From an uncultured Chloroflexia bacterium (GTDB lineage: Bacteria; Chloroflexota; Limnocylindria; Limnocylindrales; CSP1-4): DNA of 64,000 bases. Under the pieces are notes generated by a model, which was not told the origin of the DNA, made no database searches, and saw only the letters and a list, made by a program, of their open reading frames with translations. The stretch's first letter is position 1; every line of letters begins with the position of its first letter. Where the stretch lies: the NCBI GenBank assembly GCA_963750125.1, contig CAVVPT010000010.1, positions 16,147-80,146 on the forward strand, written 5' to 3'. The position numbers and the translations under genes were made by a program. Below, piece by piece: positions 29,462-39,946 of the stretch.

Positions 29462-29746
29462 CTAGCGGCGGAGTCCGAGCCGTCCGATGACGACTCGATA
29501 GCGCGCGCTGTCCTTCTTCATCAGGTATGCGAGAAGGCGGCGGCGCTGGCCCACGAGCTTGAGGAGGCCGCGGCGCGAATGGTTGTCCTTCGGGAAGCTC
29601 CGGAGATGCCCGGTCAGTTGCTTGATCCGCTCCGTCAGGAGCGCGATCTGGACCTCCGGGGAACCGGTGTCACCTTCCTTGGTGGCATACCCGGTAATGA
29701 TCTCCTGCTTCTCTTCCCGCGCGAGCGGCACTCGGTCCTCCGACAC
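29462..29746 (-). CDS. rpsO: 30S ribosomal protein S15
   Basis: ..[64 protein letters not shown].. S15 signature. Confidence 0.9.
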   Translation of the reverse strand: MSEDRVPLAREEKQEIITGYATKEGDTGSPEVQIALLTERIKQLTGHLRSFPKDNHSRRGLLKLVGQRRRLLAYLMKKDSARYRVVIGRLGLRR

Positions 29747-30070
29747 GAACTTGTTTGCTAACCAATCCTGTTATATGACCGACGGATGGTAGCAGGCGGG
29801 CCGAAATCCGGGCAAACGTGGGTGTCGCCGCGTCCCTCACGCGACGGCTCATCAGAGGCAGAAACAAATGCCGGCGACCGCCCGACCCCAGGTCCTTTTC
29901 CGTCAAGATGCCCGCCGGGTGAGCACTGGACAAGGTCTCAGCTGGTTGAGGCTGGGCCTCCACGCTCAGCCGAACGGGAAAAAGCTGTCACCTGCTCACA
30001 CCAGGCAACATCTCGCAACAGATCGCAGACTCATGCTCATGCGGCGTGCATTTGGCACGAACCCCGTGGA

Positions 30071-30853
30071 TCAGCCGACCTCCGCCGGCCCGTGAAGGAC
30101 GACTCGCAGCGGCGTCCCCAGACCCGTGCGGTCAACGGCGGGTCGAATGCTTGCCCTTCCGTCGTCTCCGACTTCGAGTTCGACATCCCGGCCATCGGTT
30201 GAGGCCAGGTAGGTGCCGGCCGGCGGCAGCGCGATCGGCAACTCGAACTCCACGGTCGTGCCGCCATCGTTCGACCGCGCCGTCCCGGTCACGGTTACCT
30301 CACGTCCGAGCAGCTCGCGCGCCGTGGCCAGGTCGCCGGCCGCTATCGCGCTCCGGATGTCGCTGCTGCGAACCGGCCGCCCGTCGAGCGTGAACGGCGC
30401 GATCACCACGACGTCGAACCCGTCACGCCGTCCGAGCTCGGCGACCGTCTCCGGCGTGCCGCGGCGCTCGAACCCAAAGGCGGCATCGGGGGTCATGAGG
30501 AAGCCCGCGAGGTCAACGCGCGAGCTGATTGCCCCGACGAATGCGTCGTACGGCGTGCGGCGCACCGCCTCATCGAAATGCTGGACGACGGTGACGGCAA
30601 CGCCGGCTGCCTCGAGGAGGTCCAGGCGTTCGGCCGGATGGAGCAGGAGCGACGGCGCAGAGCCGCGGATGATCTCGTCAGGATGGTGGTCGAAGGTGAT
30701 CACCGCGGGGCGAGCGTCGCGCTTGGAAGCCTCGCTCGAGAGGTGCTCCAGCAGGTAGGCGTGCCCGCGGTGGATCCCGTCGAACACGCCGATGACCACG
30801 AACAGCCGGCCGTGGCCGGCGTTGAGCGCCTCGACCCCCTCGACGACGTCCAT
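30071..30853 (-). CDS. ribF: FAD synthetase (FMN adenylyltransferase) RibF-like, 260 aa, with a short degenerate C-terminal riboflavin-kinase-like region
   Basis: N-terminal VIGVFDGIHRGHAYLL nucleotidyltransferase motif. The C-terminal ~75 aa lack the kinase PTAN / GxY / E motifs. TGATG overlap with the truB stop. Confidence 0.7.
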   Translation of the reverse strand: MDVVEGVEALNAGHGRLFVVIGVFDGIHRGHAYLLEHLSSEASKRDARPAVITFDHHPDEIIRGSAPSLLLHPAERLDLLEAAGVAVTVVQHFDEAVRRTPYDAFVGAISSRVDLAGFLMTPDAAFGFERRGTPETVAELGRRDGFDVVVIAPFTLDGRPVRSSDIRSAIAAGDLATARELLGREVTVTGTARSNDGGTTVEFELPIALPPAGTYLASTDGRDVELEVGDDGRASIRPAVDRTGLGTPLRVVLHGPAEVG

Positions 30854-31803
30854 CAGTCCATGCGCGTCAGCGCGCCCGCGTCGACGAACACCTTGTCCGG
30901 CGCCAGCCGGTCGCCCTGGGCCGCGGCGATCCCGACCAGCGTGTCCGTGGGACCAACGAGCCGGTAGCGCTCCGCCTGACCCGGAATGCCGGCTGCGGGG
31001 CGGACGAACTGGCCGCGCGCGACGGCCGCGACCTCCGCCTCGGTCAGGCGGACCTCCGGGAAGGCATCGAGCCCCGTGTCGACCGGACGGAGCAACTGCC
31101 CGAGGCCGGCGGCTCCATCTGCGGCGGCCTCCCGCACCGCATCGAGCGTGACCGCGTCGTCGAGCGTGAACGGACCCGAGGCCGTCCGGGTCAGCGCGCC
31201 AAGATACGCGCCGCTGCGCATGGCCGCGCCGAGGTCACGGGCAAGCGCGCGGACGTACGTCCCGGCCGAGCACTCGACGTCAAGGATCGCCACGGGCCGG
31301 TCCGGCTCCGAATCGTCCCACGACAGCAGGCCGAGCCGATGGATGGTGACCTCGCGCTCTGCGAGCTCGACGGTCCCGCCGGCCCGGGCGATCGCGTACG
31401 CGCGGCGGCCATCCAGCTTGATCGCGCTGTAGGCGGGCGGGCGCTGGCGGATGGTGCCCTTCATGCTGGTGAGTGCCGACTCGACCGAGGCACGATCCGG
31501 AGCCGGCGCCTCGCCAGGGGTCAACTCCCCCTCGAGGTCGTCCGTCGTCGAGGACGCACCGAAGCACACCGTGGCGCGGTACCGCTTGCGATCGCCCATG
31601 TGGAACTCGACCACGCGGGTCGCCTTGCCGAGGAACACCGGAAGCACCCCGGCGGCGAACGGGTCCAGCGTCCCGCCATGCCCGACCCGCTTCGTGGCCG
31701 CGAGGCGCCGAACGAGCGCCACGATGTCGTGCGACGTCGGACCGGGCGGCTTGGCGACGACGAGGATGCCGTCAAACCCCGGCCCGAGCGACGCGTGTGC
31801 CAC
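30853..31803 (-). CDS. truB: tRNA pseudouridine(55) synthase
   Basis: GILVVAKPPGPTSHDIV...GHGGTLDPFAAGVL, with the catalytic Asp in GTLDP. Confidence 0.9.
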   Translation of the reverse strand: MAHASLGPGFDGILVVAKPPGPTSHDIVALVRRLAATKRVGHGGTLDPFAAGVLPVFLGKATRVVEFHMGDRKRYRATVCFGASSTTDDLEGELTPGEAPAPDRASVESALTSMKGTIRQRPPAYSAIKLDGRRAYAIARAGGTVELAEREVTIHRLGLLSWDDSEPDRPVAILDVECSAGTYVRALARDLGAAMRSGAYLGALTRTASGPFTLDDAVTLDAVREAAADGAAGLGQLLRPVDTGLDAFPEVRLTEAEVAAVARGQFVRPAAGIPGQAERYRLVGPTDTLVGIAAAQGDRLAPDKVFVDAGALTRMD

Positions 31804-31805
31804 GC

Positions 31806-32828
31806 TCAGCGCGAGACGGCGGCGGCCAGGCGGGCCGCCTCGGCGAGCACGACCGGGCGTGCCTCGTCCGGAGGGAGCTCGATCGTCGCACCGGCGGCCC
31901 TTGCGTGGCCGCCGCCCCCGAAGCGTCCCGTGAGGACCGTCGCATCGACCCCGCCCGGCTTCGTCCGAACGCTCAGCCTAGTCCCGGCCGAAGCCTCCTT
32001 GAAGAGGATCGCTACCTCCGCGGTCTCCGCCTGGGCGAGCAGGTCGATGATCCCTTCGGAGTCGGACGGGACGGTGCCCGTGTCCGCGAGGTCGGCGTCC
32101 GCCAGCATGGACCACACGATCCGCCCGTCCTCGCTCGTGGCCAGCCGGTCGAGCACGCGGCCGAACAGCTTGAGCTGCCGTTCCGGCTTGGAGCGGTAGA
32201 GGCGGCGAGAAATGTCGGACAGCGGCGCGCCCGCCTCGACGAGCGCCGCCGAAACGACCAGCGTTCGCGGAGTCGCGTTCGGATGGGCGAACGTGGCCGT
32301 GTCCATGACGATGCCGGCCATGAGCGCGGCTGCCAGCGACCCGTCGCCGGTATCGAGCGGAATGCCGAGGCGAGCGGCGAGCAGCGTTGCCATCTCGCAA
32401 GTGGCGGCGGCTGCCGGATCGACCCAGTCGGCGGGCCGGCGTTCGTCGTCGTTCGACGCGTGGTGGTCGATGACGACCCGCGGCAGCCGATCGAAGAGCT
32501 CGGCATGCCGCTCGCGCACAGCGCCCACCCGATCGAGCGTGCCGCAGTCAGAGATCACGAGCAGGTCGTAATCTACGTCGGGCTCGGGGTCCGTGCGGAA
32601 CCGCTCGATTCCCGCCAGGAAGCCGTACAGCTCGGGAACAGGGTCCGTGCAGACAGGGTCGGCGCGGCCGCCACACGCCTCCACGATCGCGGTCACGGCG
32701 AGGGTCGCGCCGAGCGTGTCTGCATCCGGGTTCTCATGCCCGACGGCCAGCACCCGTCGCGCCTCTCGCAGGCGCTCAACGACCGGGCTCGGAACCACCT
32801 CGAGGTATGCGCCGAGGTCGACGCTCAT
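31806..32828 (-). CDS. nrnA: DHH/DHHA1 phosphoesterase NrnA (oligoribonuclease / pAp phosphatase)
   Basis: HENPDADTLG, DCGTLDR and VIDHH DHH-family motifs. C-terminal GGGH (DHHA1). Confidence 0.8.
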   Translation of the reverse strand: MSVDLGAYLEVVPSPVVERLREARRVLAVGHENPDADTLGATLAVTAIVEACGGRADPVCTDPVPELYGFLAGIERFRTDPEPDVDYDLLVISDCGTLDRVGAVRERHAELFDRLPRVVIDHHASNDDERRPADWVDPAAAATCEMATLLAARLGIPLDTGDGSLAAALMAGIVMDTATFAHPNATPRTLVVSAALVEAGAPLSDISRRLYRSKPERQLKLFGRVLDRLATSEDGRIVWSMLADADLADTGTVPSDSEGIIDLLAQAETAEVAILFKEASAGTRLSVRTKPGGVDATVLTGRFGGGGHARAAGATIELPPDEARPVVLAEAARLAAAVSR

Positions 32829-33349
32829 CGGCGGTGCGTCCGGGACGACGTCTTCGTCTTCCGCGGGTGTGCACCGCCTCGGCGACGCGGCGCCGGCTTT
32901 GGCGGGACGGCGGCGGACGGCGGCTCGTCCGCGAGGTCACCTTCGTGATGCAGCCGCGCGACCGGAGTCGGCAGCGACTCGCCCGGCGGCACTTCGGACT
33001 CCACGTCGCCGCCTCCCTCGAGATCGTGCAGGAGCCGCAGCACACGCGTGCCGCGCTCTGCGGTGTCGTCCAGGCGAACGTGCAGGTCGGGGATGCGCTT
33101 GAGCCGAAGCCTCCGGCCCAGCTCACGCCGCACGAACGGCATCGCCCGGCCGAGGGCGGCGATGGTCGCATCGCGTTCCTTCGGCTGACCGATGACGCTC
33201 ACCCAGACCTGCGCATGGCGCAGGTCGGGCGTGGTTTCCACGTCCGTGATCGTCGTGAAGCCGATCCGGGGATCGGCCACGTCCCGCGTCACGATCCCCG
33301 CGATTTCCTGCCGCAACAGCTCGTCGAGCTGCTTCGTCCGTTCGCTCAT
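32825..33349 (-). CDS. rbfA: Ribosome-binding factor A with an extended basic C-terminal tail
   Basis: MSERTKQLDELLRQEIAGIV..RIPDLHVRLD. ATG at 33349. 4-nt overlap with nrnA. Track ORF 32825..33463 is over-extended. Confidence 0.85.
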   Translation of the reverse strand: MSERTKQLDELLRQEIAGIVTRDVADPRIGFTTITDVETTPDLRHAQVWVSVIGQPKERDATIAALGRAMPFVRRELGRRLRLKRIPDLHVRLDDTAERGTRVLRLLHDLEGGGDVESEVPPGESLPTPVARLHHEGDLADEPPSAAVPPKPAPRRRGGAHPRKTKTSSRTHRR

Positions 33350-33512
33350 TCGAACCGCCCCGCCTCGGCGGCTGGCTGGCCGTTCAGGCAGAGGCGCGAC
33401 CGAGCACGGGAGCGAGCGCAGAACGGTCGCTCCGAGGTCCGAGGCGACGCTCCCGCGAGCCATCGGTCCGAGGATGGGCGCAACGCATGCATGGACGGTC
33501 AGGCAGTCGCCG

Positions 33513-35417
33513 CTACGCGGTCGCGACGCGGCTCACTGTCTGCGACGAGAAGCACTCGATGATGTCGCCCTCTTCCAGGTCGTGGAAGCCGGCGAGCCCG
33601 ATGCCGCACTCGTAGTTCGCCGCAACCTCACGGACGTCGTCTCGGAACCGCCGGAGCGATTCGATCCGGTCGGTCGCGATGATCTTGCCGCCACGCCAGA
33701 CGCGTGCACCGCCACGGACGATGCGTCCCTCGGTCACGTACGAGCCGGCGATGACCGTGCTCTTGCCGACGCGGAAGATCTGGCGCACCTCGGCGCGACC
33801 CTCGACCACCTCGACGATTTCCGGCTCGAGCAGGCCCTTGAGGGCCGCATCGATGTCGTCGGTCAGCTTGTAGATGATGTCGTACAGCCGGACGTCGACA
33901 CCCTCGGAATCGGCGGCGCGCCGTGCGGTGTCGGTGATCTTCGTGTTGAAGCCCACGACGATCGCGTTCGACGCGGCCGCGAGCATGATGTCGTTGTCGG
34001 TGATGTCGCCGGCGCCCTCGTGGAGGACGTTGACGCGGATCTCCTCCTGGTCGAGCTGTTCCAGCGAGTGCGAGATCGCACCGAGCGAGCCTGAGACGTC
34101 GGCCTTGAGAATGATGCGCAGCTCCTTGGCCTGGCCGGCCTGGATCTGCCGGTACAGGTCCTCGAGGGTCGCGCGACCGCTCCCGTCCCCGGCTTTCGCG
34201 GCAGCCTCGGCTTTGCGCGCCTCTACCATCGTGCGGGCTTCCTTGTCGTCCTTGACGACCCGCAGGATGTCACCCGCCTGAGGCACCTCGGACAGCCCGA
34301 GCACCACCACCGCCGACGCCGGGCCGGCCTTCGGGACCCGCTTCCCCTTGTCGTTCTCGAGCGCACGGACGCGGCCGAACGTCTCGCCCACGACGATGAT
34401 GTCGCCGACCTTGAGCGTGCCGGTCTGCACGAGCGCGGTCGCGACCGCACCGCGGCCCTTGTCGAGCTGCGCTTCGACGATCGTCCCGATGGCCGATCGC
34501 TTCGGGTTCGCCTTGAGCTCCTGGAGGTCAGAGACGAGCAGCAGGATCTCGATCAGCTCATCGAGCCCAACGCGCGTCTTCGCCGACACGGGCACGAGCG
34601 GCACGTCGCCGCCGAACTCCTCGATGACGACGCCAGCCTCGGTCAGCTCGGTCTTTACCCGGTCGGGGTTCGAATCCGGCTTGTCGATCTTGTTGAGGGC
34701 GATGACGATCGGGACCTTGGCCGCCTTGGCGTGGCTGATGGCCTCGAGGGTCTGAGGCATGACCCCGTCATCGGCGGCCACCACGATGACGGCGATGTCC
34801 GTGACGCGCGCGCCGCGGGCGCGCATCGCGGTGAACGCCTCGTGGCCCGGCGTGTCCAGGAACACCACGCGCTTGCCGTCCTTGACGACCTCGCTCGCAC
34901 CGATGTGCTGGGTGATGCCTCCGCGCTCGCCGGCCGCCACTTCGGTCGTCCTGATCGCATCGAGCAGGCTCGTCTTGCCGTGGTCGACGTGACCCATGAC
35001 CGTGACGATGGGCGCGCGGGGCTGGAGGAGCGACGGATCGTCCTCCTCGAACAGCGGTTCCTTGGTCGCCTCGCTGACGGCCTCGTCGCCGGCGCCATCG
35101 GCGCCGTCGGTGCCATTGGTATGGACGGCCTCGGCCACTTCGTAGCCGAGCTCGCTCGAGACGAGCGATGCAGTATCGCGATCGATCAGCTGGTTGATCG
35201 TCGCGAAGATGCCGCTCTTGATGAGTTCACGGATGACGTCCGCAGGGTTGACCGCAAGCAGGTCCGCGAGCTCTTTTACGGTGATGGTTGCTGGCAGTTC
35301 GATGGGTCCGCGTTCGCGCGGATCGGCAACCTGGACGGGCCCGCCGAACGCGCCGTCGCGGCGCGGCGGCTTGCGCGGGCCGCGTCGGCCGCGGGTGCCG
35401 CTCCTACTCCTGGCCAC
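33513..35417 (-). CDS. infB: Translation initiation factor IF-2 (short form, 634 aa)
   Basis: G domain [26 protein letters not shown], then domains II-IV (C-terminal ..[13 protein letters not shown]..). No long N-terminal extension. Confidence 0.9.
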   Translation of the reverse strand: MARSRSGTRGRRGPRKPPRRDGAFGGPVQVADPRERGPIELPATITVKELADLLAVNPADVIRELIKSGIFATINQLIDRDTASLVSSELGYEVAEAVHTNGTDGADGAGDEAVSEATKEPLFEEDDPSLLQPRAPIVTVMGHVDHGKTSLLDAIRTTEVAAGERGGITQHIGASEVVKDGKRVVFLDTPGHEAFTAMRARGARVTDIAVIVVAADDGVMPQTLEAISHAKAAKVPIVIALNKIDKPDSNPDRVKTELTEAGVVIEEFGGDVPLVPVSAKTRVGLDELIEILLLVSDLQELKANPKRSAIGTIVEAQLDKGRGAVATALVQTGTLKVGDIIVVGETFGRVRALENDKGKRVPKAGPASAVVVLGLSEVPQAGDILRVVKDDKEARTMVEARKAEAAAKAGDGSGRATLEDLYRQIQAGQAKELRIILKADVSGSLGAISHSLEQLDQEEIRVNVLHEGAGDITDNDIMLAAASNAIVVGFNTKITDTARRAADSEGVDVRLYDIIYKLTDDIDAALKGLLEPEIVEVVEGRAEVRQIFRVGKSTVIAGSYVTEGRIVRGGARVWRGGKIIATDRIESLRRFRDDVREVAANYECGIGLAGFHDLEEGDIIECFSSQTVSRVATA

Positions 35418-35741
35418 GGGCTCCTCCTTCGGTGTTCAGTGTGGTCATGTCGGTTGGGTGGTCGTTGGTGATCGCGCCGGCGAGCGCAGCGCACACATCG
35501 TCCGGCAATCGGGTCGAGAGCGCTCGCCCGAGTGCTCCGCTGGTGATCGCTCGGTCGAGGCAGGCGTTGCTTCGGCACACATAGGCGCCGCGACCGGCAG
35601 CCCGGCCGGTCACGTCGATCGCGACGGCTCCATTCGGCGAACGGACGACACGCAGCAAGTCACGTTTCGGCCGGACGGTTCGGCACGCGACGCAGGACCG
35701 GTTCGGGACGCGCCGGACGGGTCCGGCGACCGCGGGCCGGC

Positions 35742-35751
<10 letters not shown>
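35404..35751 (-). CDS. ylxR: YlxR/DUF448 family protein (RnpM-like RNA-binding protein); no canonical start codon in frame
   Basis: Conserved ..VPNRSCVACRTVRPKRDLLRVVRSPNGAVAIDVTGRAAGRGAYVC.. The conserved Cys motif lies upstream of the only TTG (35658). The in-frame stretch back to a TGA contains no ATG/GTG/TTG/CTG; an ATC sits 2 nt after AGGAGGT at ~35751. Confidence 0.6.
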
Positions 35752-37220
<1,469 letters not shown>

Positions 37221-37379
37221 GATGGCCTCCGTTGTGGTTCGTTCGCTATGCAACCGGCCGCTCAAAGAAGAAACGTGGGGGTCACCCACGTCACGGAGCG
37301 GCCGTTCAGTTGCGCGAAGTATACACCCGGAGGGGTGAATCACTCACGGACCACCCTCTCCCGATGCCCGGGCCGCAAT

Positions 37380-38123
37380 CTACGCCGGTGTGCGCGTGGC
37401 CGGGTCCTCGAGCCCCATCTGCTCCCGCATCGCCGCCAGCCTGGACGCGGCTTCGGCCTCCGTTTGTGCGCGCTCCACCTCGAGCATGCCGATGTCGACC
37501 GACGCGCCCGACACCTCCGTCATCGCCTGCGCCGTCGCGAGGCGACGATCGACCTTCGTACGGATCTCATCGAGGGACGGCGTATCGCCACCGACCGGTT
37601 GGGACAACTGGCGCATCGCCGAGTTCATCTGCTCCTGCATTTTGGCCTGGTCGAGACGGCTGAGGAGCCGCTCGCGTTCGGACAGCGTGCGCTGTAGCGC
37701 CACGGCATTGTCCGCGACGACGTGCTTGGCGCGATCCGACGCCTCGGCCGCGCCGACAAGCGCGCCTTTGAGGTCCTCGACCCTTCCTTCGAGCTCGACG
37801 ATGCGTGTCGCGTAGCTGGCGGCGGCCCGCTCGTAGTCGGCCGCCTTTTCGGTGCGCTCGGCCTTCCGGGCTTCGTCGGCGAGGACGAGCGCCTGACGCG
37901 CCGACGCCGTCGCCTTCGCATAGTCATCCAGCGCGCGGTCGAGCCGCATCTGCAGCTGGGTCTGATTGGCGATGACATTCGCCGCCTGCTCTGCCAGCAT
38001 TCGGTGCTGGTCGCGAGCATCAGCGATCGCCTGCTCCAGTTGCACCTTGGGATCGGCACTCTCCTCCAGGGTCATACCGATCTTCGTCCCCAGATAGCGC
38101 CACCATCGTCCGATCGTGCTCAT
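37380..38123 (-). CDS. pspA: PspA/IM30 (phage shock protein A / Vipp1) family protein
   Basis: MSTIGRWWRYLGTKIGMTLEESADPKVQLEQAIADAR.. plus long coiled-coil heptads, 247 aa. Confidence 0.85.
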   Translation of the reverse strand: MSTIGRWWRYLGTKIGMTLEESADPKVQLEQAIADARDQHRMLAEQAANVIANQTQLQMRLDRALDDYAKATASARQALVLADEARKAERTEKAADYERAAASYATRIVELEGRVEDLKGALVGAAEASDRAKHVVADNAVALQRTLSERERLLSRLDQAKMQEQMNSAMRQLSQPVGGDTPSLDEIRTKVDRRLATAQAMTEVSGASVDIGMLEVERAQTEAEAASRLAAMREQMGLEDPATRTPA

Positions 38124-39946
38124 GCTTGTCTCCTTCCTGGATCCACGTCACTGATTCCGCGGGCGCGCCGGCGCCGCCCGATTTGCCTGATCGCCTCCGC
38201 GGGCGCATCTTCGCCAGGGTCATCGGCGTCGCCGCCGTGATGGCCGGCCACGGATTGCTCGTCGCCGCGGCCACTCAAGCCACGAACGGCCGCCCGAGCC
38301 TCCCCGAAGGCCTGACGGATGCCAGCCGCAGCCTCAGAGGCAGCAGCCCGGAGCCCTGTCGTGGCCTCGCGGACGGACCGTCGCACGCCCCTCGTTGCCT
38401 CGGACAAGGCTGCTCGCACAGCGTTGGCGGCGCGGCGCGCCGCGTCCCGCATGGCGTTCGTGGCGGATCGGATCGACGCCCCCGCCGCTCGCGCCGCCGC
38501 TCCGATCGCGCGACCGATGATCACGACCGGCGCCGCGACGGCGATGAGCGCGGCGATGGCCAATCGCCGCGTCCCGCGGGCTGCGGGCTGGAGCACCGCG
38601 CGATCGAAGGTCCTGGCAGCGGCGACGAGGCCTCGGCCGGTCGCTCGTGCGATCCGGTCAAGGCGGAACACGACGTCTCGCCCCAGGACGACGATCCGTG
38701 CCACCAAAGGCGCCGTCCTTCGAGCGAACCATCGGATGACGGCCGCCAACGCCCGGGCGGCTGCGGTCGTCAGCCGGCCTGCCGTGCGGAGCATGGTCAC
38801 CACGCCAGCGGCGCCGCGTTCCAGGCCGACGAGGGCAGCATGTCCGAGCACCGCCATCCGGGCCTCCAGCCCGCGCCTGGTCGCGTCGACGCCTCGGCGC
38901 ATCCAGTGGAAGAGGCGCACGAGCCCGGCAGCGAGCACGCGAGCCGGTCGAGCGAAGCGGCGGGCAACGGTGCGCAAAACGACGATGAACCGCGCTCCGA
39001 CGGCACGGAGGGACTTCCACGTGAAGCGAAGAAGGTCGGCCATGGCGTGCCCAGCCGCGCGCGCGACGACCGCGATCCGTGAACCGAGCGCTCGCGCCGC
39101 ATGCCAAGTCGCGTTGAGTGTCTCGGCGGTCGCCCGGCCCGCGGCTCGAACGATCACGGCGATGCGTGCTCCGACGGCGCGAACCGATCGCCAGGCGGCT
39201 CGGATCGCGTCGGCGGCCTGGTGCCCGAGCGCGCGCCCCATGACCGCCATCCGCATGCCAACGGCCACGGTCAACCGCCAGGTGGCACGAAGGAGGGCGA
39301 CAATCGGGGCAGCGGCGGCCCGCAGGATCACCGCGATGCGGGCTCCGGCTAGGCGGAGGCCAGCGGCGATGGTGCGAACGACGCGCACGATGAGGTCGCC
39401 GATCGGGCTGAGGAGGACGACTGACCGGGTCAATCCGGCCCGCACCGCGGCGGACGCCAGGCGCGTCGCGGCATTGACGACGCTCGCTGCCGAGCGCATG
39501 AGCACGACGAGTCGCCGCCCGGCGGCGGCAAGGGTCCACCCCAGCATCCGAAGGACGACGGCCGCCTCGTGCTCGAGGAGGCGCAGCATCCGGGCCGTCG
39601 CTCGACCGAAAGCCCGCAACGTGACGAGAATGGCGCGTCCGACGAGCGCCACGGTTTGACCCAAGGCTGCCGCCAGTCGTCGAGCGGCCGGCGGCCCCAC
39701 GCGAGCGAGCCACCGCCAGGCGAGGTAGATGGCCACGAACGGCGCGAGCAGGATGGCGAGCATCCGGGTCCACGGCGATCCATCGACGCCCTGCGGGACG
39801 GGATCCAGCGGCGGGCTCATGACGGAAGTTCCGGACGGCGTCGGTGGCCTTGGCGGGGCGGCGCCAGCCGTCTCGCTGGTCGACGATCGACGCCCTCGAC
39901 GCAATGGCGGCGGCGGAAGCTTGGGCGGACGCTCAACGGTCGCCAT
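38120..39946 (-). CDS. Ala/Arg-rich membrane protein: Pro-rich N-terminus, one TM helix, then ~500 aa of ~22-residue amphipathic repeats; translationally coupled to pspA
   Basis: RBS GGGAGGAGGG + ATG at 39946 (MATVERPPKLPPPPL). TM segment WTRMLAILLAPFVAIYLAWRWLARV. Repeats of the type W..R..RAVGARIAVIVRAAGRATAETLNAT. GC3 periodicity supports this frame over the antisense ORFs. ATGA overlap with pspA. Confidence 0.55.
   Translation of the reverse strand: MATVERPPKLPPPPLRRGRRSSTSETAGAAPPRPPTPSGTSVMSPPLDPVPQGVDGSPWTRMLAILLAPFVAIYLAWRWLARVGPPAARRLAAALGQTVALVGRAILVTLRAFGRATARMLRLLEHEAAVVLRMLGWTLAAAGRRLVVLMRSAASVVNAATRLASAAVRAGLTRSVVLLSPIGDLIVRVVRTIAAGLRLAGARIAVILRAAAAPIVALLRATWRLTVAVGMRMAVMGRALGHQAADAIRAAWRSVRAVGARIAVIVRAAGRATAETLNATWHAARALGSRIAVVARAAGHAMADLLRFTWKSLRAVGARFIVVLRTVARRFARPARVLAAGLVRLFHWMRRGVDATRRGLEARMAVLGHAALVGLERGAAGVVTMLRTAGRLTTAAARALAAVIRWFARRTAPLVARIVVLGRDVVFRLDRIARATGRGLVAAARTFDRAVLQPAARGTRRLAIAALIAVAAPVVIIGRAIGAAARAAGASIRSATNAMRDAARRAANAVRAALSEATRGVRRSVREATTGLRAAASEAAAGIRQAFGEARAAVRGLSGRGDEQSVAGHHGGDADDPGEDAPAEAIRQIGRRRRARGISDVDPGRRQA
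38300..39700. repeat. Degenerate tandem DNA repeats (~66-nt units) under the Ala/Arg repeat protein
   Basis: Recurrent gatcac(g/c)gcgatgcg(t/g)gctccg-like units. Several overlapping long ORFs are open on both strands. Confidence 0.5.

Noticed and set aside
38126-39773. Long ORFs 38126..39082 (+), 38319..39659 (+) and 38658..39773 (-) inside the repeat region
   Set aside because: They have Arg/Ala/Thr/Ser-rich low-complexity translations with no hydrophobic cores or periodic helices. The minus-strand 38120..39946 frame has the protein-like amphipathic periodicity and the pspA coupling. The others are open only because of GC bias and repeats.
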